A stretch of 61,618 nucleotides of DNA, the filler included. It is 5 parts of 5 records of this genome, joined end to end, with 100 filler letters (N's around TTAATTAATTAA, not from the genome) between each part and the next. Parts side by side here need not be neighbours in the genome. Positions count along the whole stretch, not along the records: positions 13,118 to 37,621 come from SRR20825010_4440; 4 more parts are not named here. The stretch is one strand, 5' to 3'. Positions 20,299 to 31,900 of this stretch are shown here, in pieces. The translations under genes were made by a program, and so were the position numbers. Within the stretch, counting starts at the first letter, position 1; each line of letters begins with the position of its first letter. Below the pieces are notes generated by a model. It was not told the DNA's origin, searched no databases, and saw only the letters and a program-made list of their open reading frames with translations.

Positions 20299-20889
20299 AT
20301 GGCCGCTGAAGCCCTCTTTACCCGGCCCTGGGTACGAACCCTGGGGCTGGCTGTCACGATAGTGGCACTGTTTTTCCTGCTCTGGCAAAGTGACGAGTCA
20401 TCAGAGCCGGTGGATGCCGCCGCGCTGAGAGGCGAATCGGAACCAGACGGTTTCGTGGTCAATGGTCGCTATCTGTCTTTCGACGAGACCGGGCGGCTTA
20501 CCGCACACTTCGAAAGCCCACGTATCGAGCAATTCGAGGCCCGCAACGAAACCATTATGGAATCGCCGAATGCGACGCTCTACGGCGACCCCGGCAACGC
20601 ACCCTGGCAAGTCCAGGCCAACAAAGGCCAATTCATGGAAGCTGACGACCTGGTCCACTTGACGGGGGATGTTCGGGTGTCCCAGCAAGCCCAAGGTGGG
20701 CGCCCCCTGACATTAACCACGTCAACGCTGACACTGGATAACACAGAGCGTACTGTTTACACAGACGCCCCGGTGGAACTGACCGACTCGTTCAGCCTGA
20801 CCCGCGCAACCGGCATGAAGGCATGGATTGATGACCGAATCCTCGAACTCGACTCTGACGTGGAAGGACGCTATGAGACCGGCAAGTAA
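20299..20889 (+). CDS. lptC: LPS export protein LptC
   Basis: N-terminal TM helix plus beta-jellyroll; lies between kdsC and lptA. Confidence 0.88.
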   Translation: MAAEALFTRPWVRTLGLAVTIVALFFLLWQSDESSEPVDAAALRGESEPDGFVVNGRYLSFDETGRLTAHFESPRIEQFEARNETIMESPNATLYGDPGNAPWQVQANKGQFMEADDLVHLTGDVRVSQQAQGGRPLTLTTSTLTLDNTERTVYTDAPVELTDSFSLTRATGMKAWIDDRILELDSDVEGRYETGK

Positions 20890-21505
20890 ATTCATGCCCA
20901 ACCCTCACCGCAATAGGCACCAACCGGTGGCATCGCGCCCGGCAGTCTCAGCGATTGTCCTGGCGCTGACAATGACCGTGGGCATGCCGTTCGCCGCGGC
21001 CTTTGATCTTGAGTCTGACCAACCCATCAGGGTCAATGCCGACAACGCGCGGCTCGACGAAGGCCAGGGCATTGCAACCTATACCGGCTCGGTTGAAATG
21101 AGCCAGGGCGATGCCAACCTTATCGCGGACAAAGTTGTACTCCACCGGGATGAGAATGGCGTCAGCCGCATTGAAGCCACCGGTACCCCGGCACGCTACC
21201 GCCAGCCTGCCATGGAAGGCCAGGGCGAAACCGACGCCCGTGCGCTAACGATCACCTGGTCCGCCTCCGACAACCGGGTTACCTTTCAGCGCGAAGCTGT
21301 GATCGAACAGGGCGGCAACCTGTTCCGGGGCGACGTCATTCATTATGACAGCGCCGAACGCGTGGTGACCGCAGAAGGCTCTGCTGACCAGGGCGATGGC
21401 AGCGGTCGCGTCGAAATGGTCATCCAGCCGCGCGGCAACGCCGGTAGCAATCCAGATAACAACCCTAACGGACAGGATATCGATGGCAGTTCTCAGGGCC
21501 AGTAA
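20873..21505 (+). CDS. lptA: LPS transport periplasmic protein LptA
   Basis: [32 protein letters not shown]; start uncertain. Confidence 0.9.
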   Translation: MRPASKFMPNPHRNRHQPVASRPAVSAIVLALTMTVGMPFAAAFDLESDQPIRVNADNARLDEGQGIATYTGSVEMSQGDANLIADKVVLHRDENGVSRIEATGTPARYRQPAMEGQGETDARALTITWSASDNRVTFQREAVIEQGGNLFRGDVIHYDSAERVVTAEGSADQGDGSGRVEMVIQPRGNAGSNPDNNPNGQDIDGSSQGQ

Positions 21506-22208
21506 CCTCGCAAAAAGCTACAAACAGAAGAAGGTCGTCATCGACGTTTCCCTGGAAATTCGCAGTGGCGAGATCGTCGGCTTACTCGGCCCCAATGGCG
21601 CGGGCAAAACGACGTGTTTCTACATGATTGTTGGCCTGGTTCCCGCCGACAACGGTCGAATCACCATCGACAATCAGGACATAACGCCGCTGCCCATGCA
21701 TGGTCGTGCCCGCAAGGGAATCGGGTACCTGCCCCAGGAAGCATCCGTGTTCCGCAAGCTTACCGTACGCGACAACATACTGGCGATCCTGGAAACCCGC
21801 CGCGAACTCAAACGCGCTGACCGGGAGGCCAAGTTAGAGGAACTGCTTGAAGAGTTTCACATTACCCACATCCGCGATAGCGTCGGCATGGCCCTGTCAG
21901 GCGGCGAGCGACGACGGGTGGAAATTGCCCGGGCGCTGGCGATGGAGCCGGCGTTCATCCTGCTGGACGAACCCTTCGCCGGAGTCGACCCGATCTCCGT
22001 GAGCGACATCAAGCAGATCATCCGACACTTGCGGGACAAGGGTATCGGCGTACTGATCACCGACCACAACGTGCGGGAAACCCTCGACATCTGCGAGAAT
22101 GCCTACATTGTCAGCGGCGGCCACATCATTGCCTCTGGTAATTCGGACGATATACTGGCCAACCAGCAGGTCAAGGAAGTGTATCTGGGCAACGAGTTTC
22201 GCCTGTAG
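21483..22208 (+). CDS. lptB: LPS export ABC ATPase LptB
   Basis: [43 protein letters not shown]. Confidence 0.97.
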   Translation: MAVLRASNLAKSYKQKKVVIDVSLEIRSGEIVGLLGPNGAGKTTCFYMIVGLVPADNGRITIDNQDITPLPMHGRARKGIGYLPQEASVFRKLTVRDNILAILETRRELKRADREAKLEELLEEFHITHIRDSVGMALSGGERRRVEIARALAMEPAFILLDEPFAGVDPISVSDIKQIIRHLRDKGIGVLITDHNVRETLDICENAYIVSGGHIIASGNSDDILANQQVKEVYLGNEFRL

Positions 22209-22214
22209 TACACT

Positions 22215-22230
22215 CGGCAAAGAACTTGCT
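22215..22230 (+). promoter_or_regulatory. Sigma54-type -24/-12 box upstream of rpoN
   Basis: CGGCAAAGAACTTGCT has GG-N10-GC spacing. Confidence 0.5.
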
Positions 22231-22354
22231 TGGTGCGGCAAGTAGCCAGCATACAAAGAGTTTTTGTGCAACCCCGGCTCCAGAAAGCGCCCTGATGACG
22301 TAAAGAGAGAGCCTGAGTGACGGAAGAGAGAGACCGAGTGACGGATCCTGAACC

Positions 22355-23887
22355 ATGGTTATGAAAGCCTCACTACAGTTAAAGCTGGGCCAAAGCCTGA
22401 CCATGACGCCCCAGCTGCAACAGGCTATCAGGCTTCTGCAGCTCTCCACCCTGGACCTCCAGCAGGAAATCCAGCAGGCATTGGAATCCAACCCAATGCT
22501 GGAAACCTCCGAAGACGACGACAACCAGAATCCGGAATCAACGGACAGTGACAACGAGTCGTCTGAAACAGCGTCAACCGAGGAATCCAACACCACCTCA
22601 GACACCGCTACCGAGTGGGACGAATCCGAAAACGGACCTGACTGGTCATCAGAAACGGACAGCCCCGACACCATTCCCGACGATCTTCCCGTCGACACCG
22701 CCTGGGATGACATTTACCAATCAGCCCCCGCGTCAGCAGCCCGTAACGACGACGAAAACGACCACGACTTCGAAACCCGCAATTCCCCCACTGAAACACT
22801 TCAGGACCACCTGGAATGGCAACTGAACCTGACACCCATGAGCGAGCGGGATCAGGCCATCGCCCACGCCCTGATGGATGCGGTCGATAACCACGGCTAC
22901 CTGACCTCTCCGCTTGAGGAAATTCATTCAGGTATGGTGGACGAGTCCGATGAAGACCCACTGGAACTGGACGAAGTGGAAGCCGTTCTTCATCGCCTGC
23001 AGCACTTCGATCCACCCGGCGTGTTCGCCCGTAATCTGCAGGAATGCCTGCTGATCCAGCTGAATCAGCTGCCCCCGGAAACACCCTGGCTGGCTCAGGC
23101 GCGACTGGTGATTACCCACTACATAAACCTGCTGGGCAACCGTGATTACGCCCAGCTGTTACGCCGCAGCCGCCTGAAAGAAGAGCAGCTACGGGATGTC
23201 CTGGCACTTATCACCGGTTTGAACCCCCGCCCCGGCGACACCCTGGACCAGGCCGAGCCAGACTATGTCATCCCGGATGTGATCGTGCGCAAGCACAATG
23301 AGCGCTGGCGCGTGGAACTGAATCCTGAAATTGCACCGCGCATTCGTGTGAATGCAAGCTATGCTTCTCTTATAAAGCGTGCGGACAGCAGTGCTGACAA
23401 CACCTACCTGCGGGACCAGTTGCAGGAGGCAAAGTGGTTCATCAAGAGCCTGCAGAGCCGCAACGAAACCCTGCTTAAGGTGGCCACGCGCATTGTCGAG
23501 CACCAGCAGGGATTCCTGGATCATGGCGAGGAAGCCATGAAACCATTGATTCTCTCGGATATTGCCCAGGCGGTGGAAATGCACGAGTCGACCATTTCAA
23601 GGGTCACCACCCAGAAATACATGCACACGCCGCGGGGCATATTTGAACTTAAGTATTTTTTCTCGAGCCATGTCAGTACCGACGAGGGTGGAGAGTGCTC
23701 ATCCACGGCAATCCGCGCGATGATCAAGAAGCTGATTGCAACGGAAACTCCGAAAAAGCCATTGAGCGATAGCAAAATTGCAGCCATGCTAGGAGACCAG
23801 GGTATCAAGGTGGCTAGACGAACCGTGGCCAAGTATCGCGAGGCAATGCACATTCCTCCGTCCAACGAGCGAAAGCGATTGGTGTAG
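22355..23887 (+). CDS. rpoN: RNA polymerase sigma-54 factor
   Basis: [21 protein letters not shown], RpoN box [10 protein letters not shown]. Confidence 0.98.
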   Translation: MVMKASLQLKLGQSLTMTPQLQQAIRLLQLSTLDLQQEIQQALESNPMLETSEDDDNQNPESTDSDNESSETASTEESNTTSDTATEWDESENGPDWSSETDSPDTIPDDLPVDTAWDDIYQSAPASAARNDDENDHDFETRNSPTETLQDHLEWQLNLTPMSERDQAIAHALMDAVDNHGYLTSPLEEIHSGMVDESDEDPLELDEVEAVLHRLQHFDPPGVFARNLQECLLIQLNQLPPETPWLAQARLVITHYINLLGNRDYAQLLRRSRLKEEQLRDVLALITGLNPRPGDTLDQAEPDYVIPDVIVRKHNERWRVELNPEIAPRIRVNASYASLIKRADSSADNTYLRDQLQEAKWFIKSLQSRNETLLKVATRIVEHQQGFLDHGEEAMKPLILSDIAQAVEMHESTISRVTTQKYMHTPRGIFELKYFFSSHVSTDEGGECSSTAIRAMIKKLIATETPKKPLSDSKIAAMLGDQGIKVARRTVAKYREAMHIPPSNERKRLV

Positions 23888-24011
23888 GAAGCGTCTGTTC
23901 CCGGCCTCACGGGGAGAGCCCTTTCCTGAAAGTATACCGCCTGCAGCATAACGCTGTGGCACACAGCCGGTATCCTAACGGGTGCCGGCAAGCTGAAAAC
24001 AGGAGAAGCCT

Positions 24012-24320
24012 ATGCAACTCAATATTTCAGGCCATCACGTAGAACTGACTCCCGCACTGAAAGATTACGTATCAGGCAAATTTGAAAAGCTTGAGCGGCA
24101 CTTCGACCATATCAGCAATTGCCAGGTTACCCTTGAGGTGGAAAAAGTGCGCCAGATGGCGGAAGCTACGCTTCACGTGATAGGTGGTGAGATTCACGCA
24201 AAGGCCGAAAACAGCGATATGTACGCTGCCATTGATGCACTGGTAGACAAGCTGGACAGGCAGATCCTGAAGCACAAGGAAAAGAACGTAGACCGGATGC
24301 ACGGGAACGGCGCCCGCTAG
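24012..24320 (+). CDS. hpf: Ribosome hibernation promoting factor
   Basis: MQLNISGHH, DMYAAID, KLDRQ; follows rpoN. Confidence 0.95.
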   Translation: MQLNISGHHVELTPALKDYVSGKFEKLERHFDHISNCQVTLEVEKVRQMAEATLHVIGGEIHAKAENSDMYAAIDALVDKLDRQILKHKEKNVDRMHGNGAR

Positions 24321-24415
24321 GACGACGCCCCCGGCATGACAGTTAATCGAGCTGCGGCACTGGCTAACCATGCAACACGTGCCGCAGCCTTTTTTTACGG
24401 AAATGCAGTCGATTC

Positions 24416-24886
24416 ATGACCGACACATCCCTGACTATCGAGAACATTCTCGCGCCGGAGCTAACCCTTTGCCGGGTGCCTGCCTCCAGCAAAAAGCGGG
24501 TTATGGAAACCATTGCCGAGCAGATCCAGCAACACGACGCTTTGCTCAGCGACACCCAGATATTCACTAATCTGGTCGCACGGGAGCGACTGGGGAGCAC
24601 GGGTATCGGACAGGGCATCGCGATCCCCCACTGCAGACTGGAAGGGCTGGATCACGTGGTTGGCGTTTTGCTGACCCTGGAAGAAGGCGTTGCGTTCGAT
24701 GCTATTGACAACCAGCCGGTGGACCTCGTCTTCACCTTGATTGTCCCCAAGGAAGCCACCAGCGAGCATCTTGAGCTTTTGAGCCAACTTGCTGAGAAGT
24801 TCAACGAACGTGCATTCTGCGACCAGCTGCGTCAGTGCACTGATGCAGGCTCTCTCTATCGCCGGATGACAGCCGAAACAAGCTGA
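24416..24886 (+). CDS. ptsN: PTS EIIA-Ntr
   Basis: SKKR, ARERLGSTGIGQGIAIPHCR, FDAIDNQPVD. Confidence 0.95.
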   Translation: MTDTSLTIENILAPELTLCRVPASSKKRVMETIAEQIQQHDALLSDTQIFTNLVARERLGSTGIGQGIAIPHCRLEGLDHVVGVLLTLEEGVAFDAIDNQPVDLVFTLIVPKEATSEHLELLSQLAEKFNERAFCDQLRQCTDAGSLYRRMTAETS

Positions 24887-24914
24887 ACAACTCCACATCC
24901 AAGGTGAACGGGCT

Positions 24915-25796
24915 ATGAAACTGATCATCGTCAGCGGCCGATCAGGTTCCGGGAAAAGTACCGCGTTACATGTTCTGGAAGACCTGGGCTTTTACTGCAT
25001 TGACAACCTGCCCATTGGCCTCCTGTTCCCCCTCACACAGGAAGCCACCAACCAGAACTCTCCCAGCCGGCTGGGAAAGATGGCGGTCAGCATCGATGCC
25101 CGTAACCTTTCCGGAGAATTGAGCAACTTCGAGGATATCTACCGCAGCCTTCAGGATACTGGCGTAACCATCGAGATCATCTATCTCGACGCCGATGAAC
25201 AGTCTCTTCTGCAGCGCTTCCATGCCACGCGCCGAAAGCATCCACTGAGTGATGACAAGACCTCCCTGAGGGAGGCCATCGGTAACGAAAAGAAGCTTCT
25301 GGAGCCGCTTTCCAAGCTGGCAGACCTCTACATCGACACCACGGGGCTGTCCATGTACGAGCTCCGGGATATGGTAAAGCAACGAGTCGCGGGCAGGCGC
25401 CACCAGGAACTGGCACTGCTATTCCAGTCATTCGGATTCAAGCACGGCGTGCCGTTGGATTCGGACTATGTGTTCGATGTGCGCTGCCTGCCCAATCCCT
25501 ATTGGGACACCAGCCTTCGGCAGTTTGTGGGCACCGACCAGCCGGTTATCGATTTCCTGGAAAAGGAGCCGTTGAGCCGTAAGATGGTCGAAGACCTGAC
25601 CCAATTCCTGGAAAACTGGCTACCCTCGTTCGCAGACAGCAACCGCAGCTATATGACCATATCCATCGGCTGCACCGGTGGCCAGCATCGCTCGGTTTAT
25701 ATCTGCGACCAGCTCGGCCGCTATTTCTCGGGCAAATACAGCAATGTGCAGGTTCGCCACACCGAACTGCCCCACCTGCAAAGCAGGGAAAGCTGA
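24915..25796 (+). CDS. rapZ: RNase adapter RapZ
   Basis: SGRSGSGKS, YCIDNLP, SFGFKHG, DVRCLPNP, IGCTGGQHRS. Confidence 0.95.
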   Translation: MKLIIVSGRSGSGKSTALHVLEDLGFYCIDNLPIGLLFPLTQEATNQNSPSRLGKMAVSIDARNLSGELSNFEDIYRSLQDTGVTIEIIYLDADEQSLLQRFHATRRKHPLSDDKTSLREAIGNEKKLLEPLSKLADLYIDTTGLSMYELRDMVKQRVAGRRHQELALLFQSFGFKHGVPLDSDYVFDVRCLPNPYWDTSLRQFVGTDQPVIDFLEKEPLSRKMVEDLTQFLENWLPSFADSNRSYMTISIGCTGGQHRSVYICDQLGRYFSGKYSNVQVRHTELPHLQSRES

Positions 25797-25803
25797 ACCG
25801 CCT

Positions 25804-26073
25804 ATGATCCGCCGCCCCATTACCATCATCAACAAACTTGGGCTCCATGCCCGGGCCGCAGCCAAACTGGTGGGCAAGGCATCTGAATTCGACAGCAGCA
25901 TTCAGATCAGCCGCAAAGGGCGACAGGTGGACGCCAAAAGCATCATGCCAGTCATGATGCTCGCCGCCAGCCAGGGATCAGAGGTAGAGCTGATTGTAGA
26001 CGGTCCGGATGAGTCCGAAGCTGTCGATGCGCTGGTTACGCTGATCAACGACTACTTCGGGGAAGGCGAATAA
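25804..26073 (+). CDS. npr: HPr-family phosphocarrier NPr
   Basis: INKLGLHARAA, VDAKSIM; ATG 25804. Confidence 0.9.
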   Translation: MIRRPITIINKLGLHARAAAKLVGKASEFDSSIQISRKGRQVDAKSIMPVMMLAASQGSEVELIVDGPDESEAVDALVTLINDYFGEGE

Positions 26074-26185
26074 CCACCTCCACACTGGACATCCTTGCCC
26101 GTCTACGGCATTCACCTACAACTCTTCCTCACCTATGTTGCCTAACTCCGCTATAATACGAGGGTTTTCTGACCGTGGGTGATCC

Positions 26186-27547
26186 ATGACCGATATTCTG
26201 GAGAAAAGCCAAGCGCGCCAACGCCTTCGCTCCCTGAGCGAAGCGCTGGACAGTGGCGCCCTGAAACAGGTTGCCCGCATCCTGAATGGCGGCCTGAGCC
26301 CCAGTGACATCGCCCACCTGCTGGAGTCATCACCACCCCGCCAGCGTGCCCTGCTCTGGAACCTGGTCGACAAGCAGCTTGAAGGCGAAGTCCTCCAGTA
26401 TCTGAATGACGATATCCGAGGTTACTTCCTGAGCCAGCTGAACGCTCAGGAACTGGCTGACATCATCGAGGATTTCGAGTCGGACGATCTGGCCGACTTA
26501 CTGCAGCAGTTGCCCGACACGGTCATCCAGGAAGTCCTGGACACCATGGACGAGCAGGATCGCCAACGTGTCGAAGAAGTCCTCTCCTACCCGGAAGATA
26601 CCGCCGGCGGCCTGATGAACACGGACACCATTACGGTGCGCCCGGACATCAGTATCGACGTGGTTTTGCGCTACCTGCGCCGTCATCGCAACCTGCCGCC
26701 GATGACGGATAGTCTTATCGTGGTCAGCCGACGCGACGAGTTCATCGGCATGTTGCCTATCACCAAAATGCTCGTATCCAACCCGGCGGCAACCGTGCGG
26801 GAGGTGATGGACACGGACATCGAACCGATACCGGTTACGCTGTCCGACACCAAGGTGGCAACCCTGTTCGAACGGTACGACCTGATCTCAGCACCCGTGG
26901 TCAGTGAGGAAGGCCGACTCCTGGGCCGAATCACCATCGATGACGTGGTTGACGTTATTCGCGAAGACGCAGACCACTCCCTGATGAGCATGGCCGGTCT
27001 TGATGAAGACGAAGACACCTTCGCACCGATTCTGAAGACCACCCGGCGCAGGGCCGTGTGGCTGGGCATCAACCTGCTTACGGCCTTTACCGCTTCGGCC
27101 GTGATCGGGCTGTTTGAGGCGACCATCGAAAAGGTTGTGGCGCTGGCGGTATTGATGCCCATCGTGGCATCCATGGGCGGCATTGCCGGCAGTCAGACCC
27201 TGACCCTGGTCATCCGTGGCATGGCCGTGGGACAAATCAGTGGCGCCAACGTGGGCTGGCTGCTAAACCGCGAATTTATTGCGGGTGCCCTGAACGGATT
27301 GCTCTGGGCAGTGGTGGTTGCGTCAGCGGCAACCCTCTGGTTCAGCGACATCATGATTGGCGCCATTATCGCCGCCGCGCTGATTATCAACCTGATCGCT
27401 GCGGCACTCGTGGGCACCGTGCTACCTCTGTTCCTGAAGTCCCGCAACATTGATCCGGCACTGGCCGGTAGCGTTATACTGACAACGGTCACGGATGTGG
27501 TCGGCTTTATGGCCTTCCTTGGTCTGGCGACGATATTCTACGGATAA
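26186..27547 (+). CDS. mgtE: Magnesium transporter MgtE
   Basis: YPEDTAGGLM, CBS pair, MPIVASMGG, DPALAG..LTTVTD. Confidence 0.95.
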   Translation: MTDILEKSQARQRLRSLSEALDSGALKQVARILNGGLSPSDIAHLLESSPPRQRALLWNLVDKQLEGEVLQYLNDDIRGYFLSQLNAQELADIIEDFESDDLADLLQQLPDTVIQEVLDTMDEQDRQRVEEVLSYPEDTAGGLMNTDTITVRPDISIDVVLRYLRRHRNLPPMTDSLIVVSRRDEFIGMLPITKMLVSNPAATVREVMDTDIEPIPVTLSDTKVATLFERYDLISAPVVSEEGRLLGRITIDDVVDVIREDADHSLMSMAGLDEDEDTFAPILKTTRRRAVWLGINLLTAFTASAVIGLFEATIEKVVALAVLMPIVASMGGIAGSQTLTLVIRGMAVGQISGANVGWLLNREFIAGALNGLLWAVVVASAATLWFSDIMIGAIIAAALIINLIAAALVGTVLPLFLKSRNIDPALAGSVILTTVTDVVGFMAFLGLATIFYG

Positions 27548-27573
27548 CCTGTATCCGACAACACGGACTGAAA

Positions 27574-28104
27574 ATGAACGACTCCCAAGACGACGCCCCG
27601 GAATACCTCGGCCCGAGCAAATCCCAACTCAAGCGCGAAATGCACCAGTTGCAGGATCTTGGCAGGCGTATGCTGGATCTGAGTAACGATCAGCTCAATA
27701 CCCTGCCGATCAGCGACACCCTGCGGGCGGCCATCGAGGAATCCCGTCGCATTCGCCAGAACGAAGCCCGTCGCCGCCACCTGCAGTACATCGGCAAGAT
27801 TATCCGCCAGGAAGACGACCCGGAAGGGCTGACTCGAGCCATTGATGCTTTCGATGCCGGAAGCGAAGAGCACACCCGCCGACATCACCTTGCTGAACGT
27901 TGGCGAGACCGGATGATTGAGGAAGGCGACTCGGCCGTCGGCGAATTCCTGAACTACTGCACAACGGCGGATATACAGCATCTGCGCAACCTCGCGCGCA
28001 ACGCTCGCCGGGACGTGCAGAAAGAAAAGAATACCGGCCAGCCACGAAAGCTGTTTCGCTACCTCAGAGAGTGCATCGACGACGCGGAAGCCGCCGGAAA
28101 CTAA
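27574..28104 (+). CDS. yjgA: Ribosome biogenesis factor YjgA/DarP
   Basis: SKSQLKRE, RRHLQYIGK, ERWRDR, RKLFRYL. Confidence 0.93.
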   Translation: MNDSQDDAPEYLGPSKSQLKREMHQLQDLGRRMLDLSNDQLNTLPISDTLRAAIEESRRIRQNEARRRHLQYIGKIIRQEDDPEGLTRAIDAFDAGSEEHTRRHHLAERWRDRMIEEGDSAVGEFLNYCTTADIQHLRNLARNARRDVQKEKNTGQPRKLFRYLRECIDDAEAAGN

Positions 28105-28961
28105 AGTCTCCGGTGCTCCCAGACGGGCATCCGTGTGCGGATGTCCTTGAGTGTTTCGCGATCAAGCTCTCCAACGACGACACCCGGCCCTTCATCGATC
28201 TCGGATAGTATTCGGCCCCAGGGATCGACGATCGCGCTGTGCCCATAGGTGCGCCGGCGCTCACTGTTCTGCCCACCCTGGGCCGCTGCCACAAGCCAGA
28301 ACTGATTCTCAATCGCACGGGCACGTATCAGCGCATGCCAGTGGGCGTCACCGGTATACCAGGTAAAGGCACTGGGCAGGGACACCCATTCTGCGTCCTG
28401 CTCCCTGAGCTGTCGGAACAGCTCGGGAAAGCGCAGGTCGTAACAGATGGCCATGCCGAGTCGGCCTGCCGGTGTATCAATCACAACCACGTCTTCACCC
28501 GGCTCGAAGGTATCCGACTCACGATACTGCCCCTGGGCATCTTCAACGGTGGCGTCAAAAAGATGAATCTTGTCGTAGCGGGCAACCTCACGGCCCCGGT
28601 CATCGTAGACATAGCAGCAGGCACGAACCCGATCGGTCACAGTGGACCAGTCCGGCCTCGCCGCAATGGGTAGCGAACCACCGACCACCCAGATGCCAAG
28701 TTCGGTCGCCTGCTGTGCGAGGAATTGCCGAATCACGTTGTCCGGTTCCGCTTCCCGGCGGCCACAGCCGATCATCTGTTTTGTGGCCAGTACCGCAAAG
28801 TTTTCAGGCAGCACTGCAATGCTGGCACCTGCGTCGGCCGCCTCCTTCAGCAGTCTTGCTGCCTCGTTGAGGTTGGCGGCGATGTCATGGGTACTCACCA
28901 TCTGTATCGCCGCTACCCGACTTGCCTGCCATTTGACGGGATTGTCTCTTTGCGTTGACAT
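28101..28961 (-). CDS. Carbon-nitrogen hydrolase (Nit1-like)
   Basis: LPENF, YDKIHLFD, ICYDLRFPE give the E-K-C triad; ARAIEN. Confidence 0.9.
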   Translation of the reverse strand: MSTQRDNPVKWQASRVAAIQMVSTHDIAANLNEAARLLKEAADAGASIAVLPENFAVLATKQMIGCGRREAEPDNVIRQFLAQQATELGIWVVGGSLPIAARPDWSTVTDRVRACCYVYDDRGREVARYDKIHLFDATVEDAQGQYRESDTFEPGEDVVVIDTPAGRLGMAICYDLRFPELFRQLREQDAEWVSLPSAFTWYTGDAHWHALIRARAIENQFWLVAAAQGGQNSERRRTYGHSAIVDPWGRILSEIDEGPGVVVGELDRETLKDIRTRMPVWEHRRL

Positions 28962-28983
28962 TACGGCCCTCCTGCCAAAACCA

Positions 28984-31900
28984 TCAATTGCCGGTATCGA
29001 ATACCCGCCTCAGTCGAACGTCTGGTTCGTCCCAGCTTCCACTTACACTATAGGTCGCACTGGTGAGTTTGCTCAATGGATCACCCAACACTTTGTCGAG
29101 AACAAACAACGCGCCGCCAATCGGAGCACCTGCCCCCATTAACAAAGCGGCCAGTGGCAGGTTCTGGGTCAGAGGCAACACCACCACCATTCTCATATCG
29201 AGGGTTTCCTCAATCATGTTGGAGGTGCCCGTCAGCTTGAACGCGCCGGAAGGCCCTACCACCTGCAGCTCTGGATCCAACGTCAGCAGGCCGTTAATCA
29301 TGCTGGCCTTGCCGGAGATGGCATCGAAGGCGACACCCGCTTCGTACAGATCGGAGAAATCGAGCTTCAGGCGTCGCCAGAGCGTGTCAGCATTGAGCAG
29401 GTTGAACACCCGGAACAGCTGAGCCGTATTGTTGCCCTCAAGGATGACACCGTCATCAAAACGCACACTGACCGAGCCACTAAGGCCCGAAACGTCAAAC
29501 TGATCCGGGCGGCCGGGCCAGTCAATATCAAGCTTGACGGCCGTGTTCTTGCTGCGGAAGGGAATCTCAGCGCCAACCAAGGTGTCCAGGTCTGCCAGCG
29601 ACTTACCGTTGATATCACCGGTAAAACGGGTGATTTCCCGCCCGGCTGCAATGCTCCAGGACAGCTCCCCGGTCAGGGTCAAGGATTTGAGAGTGCCAAC
29701 AATGTCCTGTACTAGCAGTTGTGTGGCTTCGGGCCTCAGTTGGAACGACCAGCTACCGGCGTTTTCCCCATCCATGTTGAGAGCGGCAATACGGACATCC
29801 ACGTCCGGCCAGTTGCCGAGGCCCAGGTCACGGAATGTCTGTGCCTGCTGTTCGGGCTCCTGTTCATCGCCCGACTCACTATTGCCCCTGGAGAGCATCA
29901 GGCGCTCAAAGTCGACGCTGACCGGTCGATCGTCCTGGGGCCAGAGCACATGGCCTGACGCCCATTCCGAGTCGGTAGTGATCAACCACTCACTGTCACT
30001 TTGCCGCGCAGACACCGTAATATCAGTCAGTTGGCGGTCGCCCAGAAACAGTTCGTTCAGGGCAACGTCTACCATTCCCGACTCCCAGGTCATATCCAGG
30101 TTGGCGCGATCTTGCCAGTCGACTGACATATCAACGCCGGACTCTTGTCGGGGCGTGACTGTTACCCTCAGGGGCGCTTCATCATCAATGTCTTTTGCCA
30201 GCGGTTCAGGCCAGTCAACCGAGAGCCCGGCCAGATCCGAATACAGCGTAACGGCAGAAGCGGTGTCCGTTGAGACGTCCAACGTTGCCTGGTAGCCAAT
30301 GTCACCACTGAGCCCCATGTCCATGCCCTCCGGCAACTCAGTTCGATCCAGGAGCTGGCGAACGTCAAGGCGACCATATTGACGGATATTGAGCGATTGA
30401 CCGTTCTCACTCCGCCGCATCAGAACCGTGACCGGAGCTCCCATAAACCGAGCCTGCAGGGGGTTCTCGGAAAATCCCTCATCGCTGTTAAACCCCAGCT
30501 CCCCATTGACCTGGGTCCACTGTAGATCGGCTTCGGGATAAGTCAGGGTACCGGAATCGGCTCTGACGCTGGCGTTGATGGTGGGCGGCGCATCGGATAT
30601 CAATGGCAAACCAAGCCCGAGATCCAGGTGAAAATCGCCATCCAGGACGATGCTCCGCCCTGCTTCTCCCGCCAGCTCACCCAGGGGGCTGTTGTCCATC
30701 CAGAAAGCCAACGCTGACCCGGGAACCGGGGCTGACGCATCGACGTACACCTGAATATCCTCACCCTCCGGGACAACCCTCACCTCGCCGGGCTCCAGTT
30801 CCAGCCCTCCCGTTCGTCCTGCGCGGATGTCGACCCGGGTGCGACCATCCTGAATAAAGACTTCACCACTGGCATCCGCCACCTCGGGCCATCGCTCGTC
30901 GTAGCGGATACTGGCTTCTTCGAATCGGTAAACCATTGAGGACGAGAAAGAATTTTCCGGGGCGTCACGATCAATCTGGCCATGACCGTAAAACTCACCG
31001 CTGGAGATATCGGCCTTGGTGATCGACGTCGTCAGCCATTGGTAGAGGTCAGGGTCGACAACCTTCATTGGCACGAAGTCGGCAAGCATATCGGCCGTAC
31101 CATCCCGCACACCGACCCTCAGCCCCAAATTGTCCTCCCCGCCCTGATCCATTCGCAGGTCAAAGGCACCTGTCAGCCGGGTGTTGGCGCCATAAACCAT
31201 ACGGATATCATCCGCGTATACGCGGGTTACCCCTCCCTCAAAACGCCAGGCCACACCTGCGCGGACGTCGCGGAGGCTCCAGAACCCCCGGAACAGCTCC
31301 GGAAAACCGAGTGACAGCCCCTCGCTATTCACTCTGACGAAACCGCCTTCCCGGTCAATAAACAGGCTACCATCAAGACCAGACACACCCGGCGCACCGT
31401 CATGGGCCCTGACGCCAATATTGTTCAACGCTGCCGTCAGCTCAAAGCCACCGCTATCATCCGTGGGCAGGTTAAGCATCACCCGGTCCAGGCGGCCGGT
31501 GGGGCGATAATTCTCAAGGGCCCTTTCAACCCTGCCTGGCAACAGGTTCATGCCTGCGACCAACCGTCTAAGGGGTTGGAGTGGAAGCGCATCAGCGATC
31601 AATCTTCGGCCCCCGTCGCGATGACTGAACCGGAGGCTGAACGGAGAAACCGTATTGCCGTTCCACTCCCACTCAAGTTCCTTTACGTGAAACTCACCGG
31701 TGGCGTACCAGGGCTTAGCCGCCGCTTCTGGCTCACGCTCGCCCAACGTGTCGTGCCTGCGCCAACCAAATTTCGCCCTGATGTTCTCTAGTGGGGCCAG
31801 GGATTGGAGACCGACACCGAGTTGCAGATACGGCGTTTCCAGGTTGCCACTGACTTGCTCGATGTGCCCATCCCGAAACGTCATCCAGACCTGACCTCCG

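Noticed and set aside
23957-23972. Sigma54 promoter before hpf (TGGCAC...)
   Set aside because: The -12 position reads CGGT rather than TTGC
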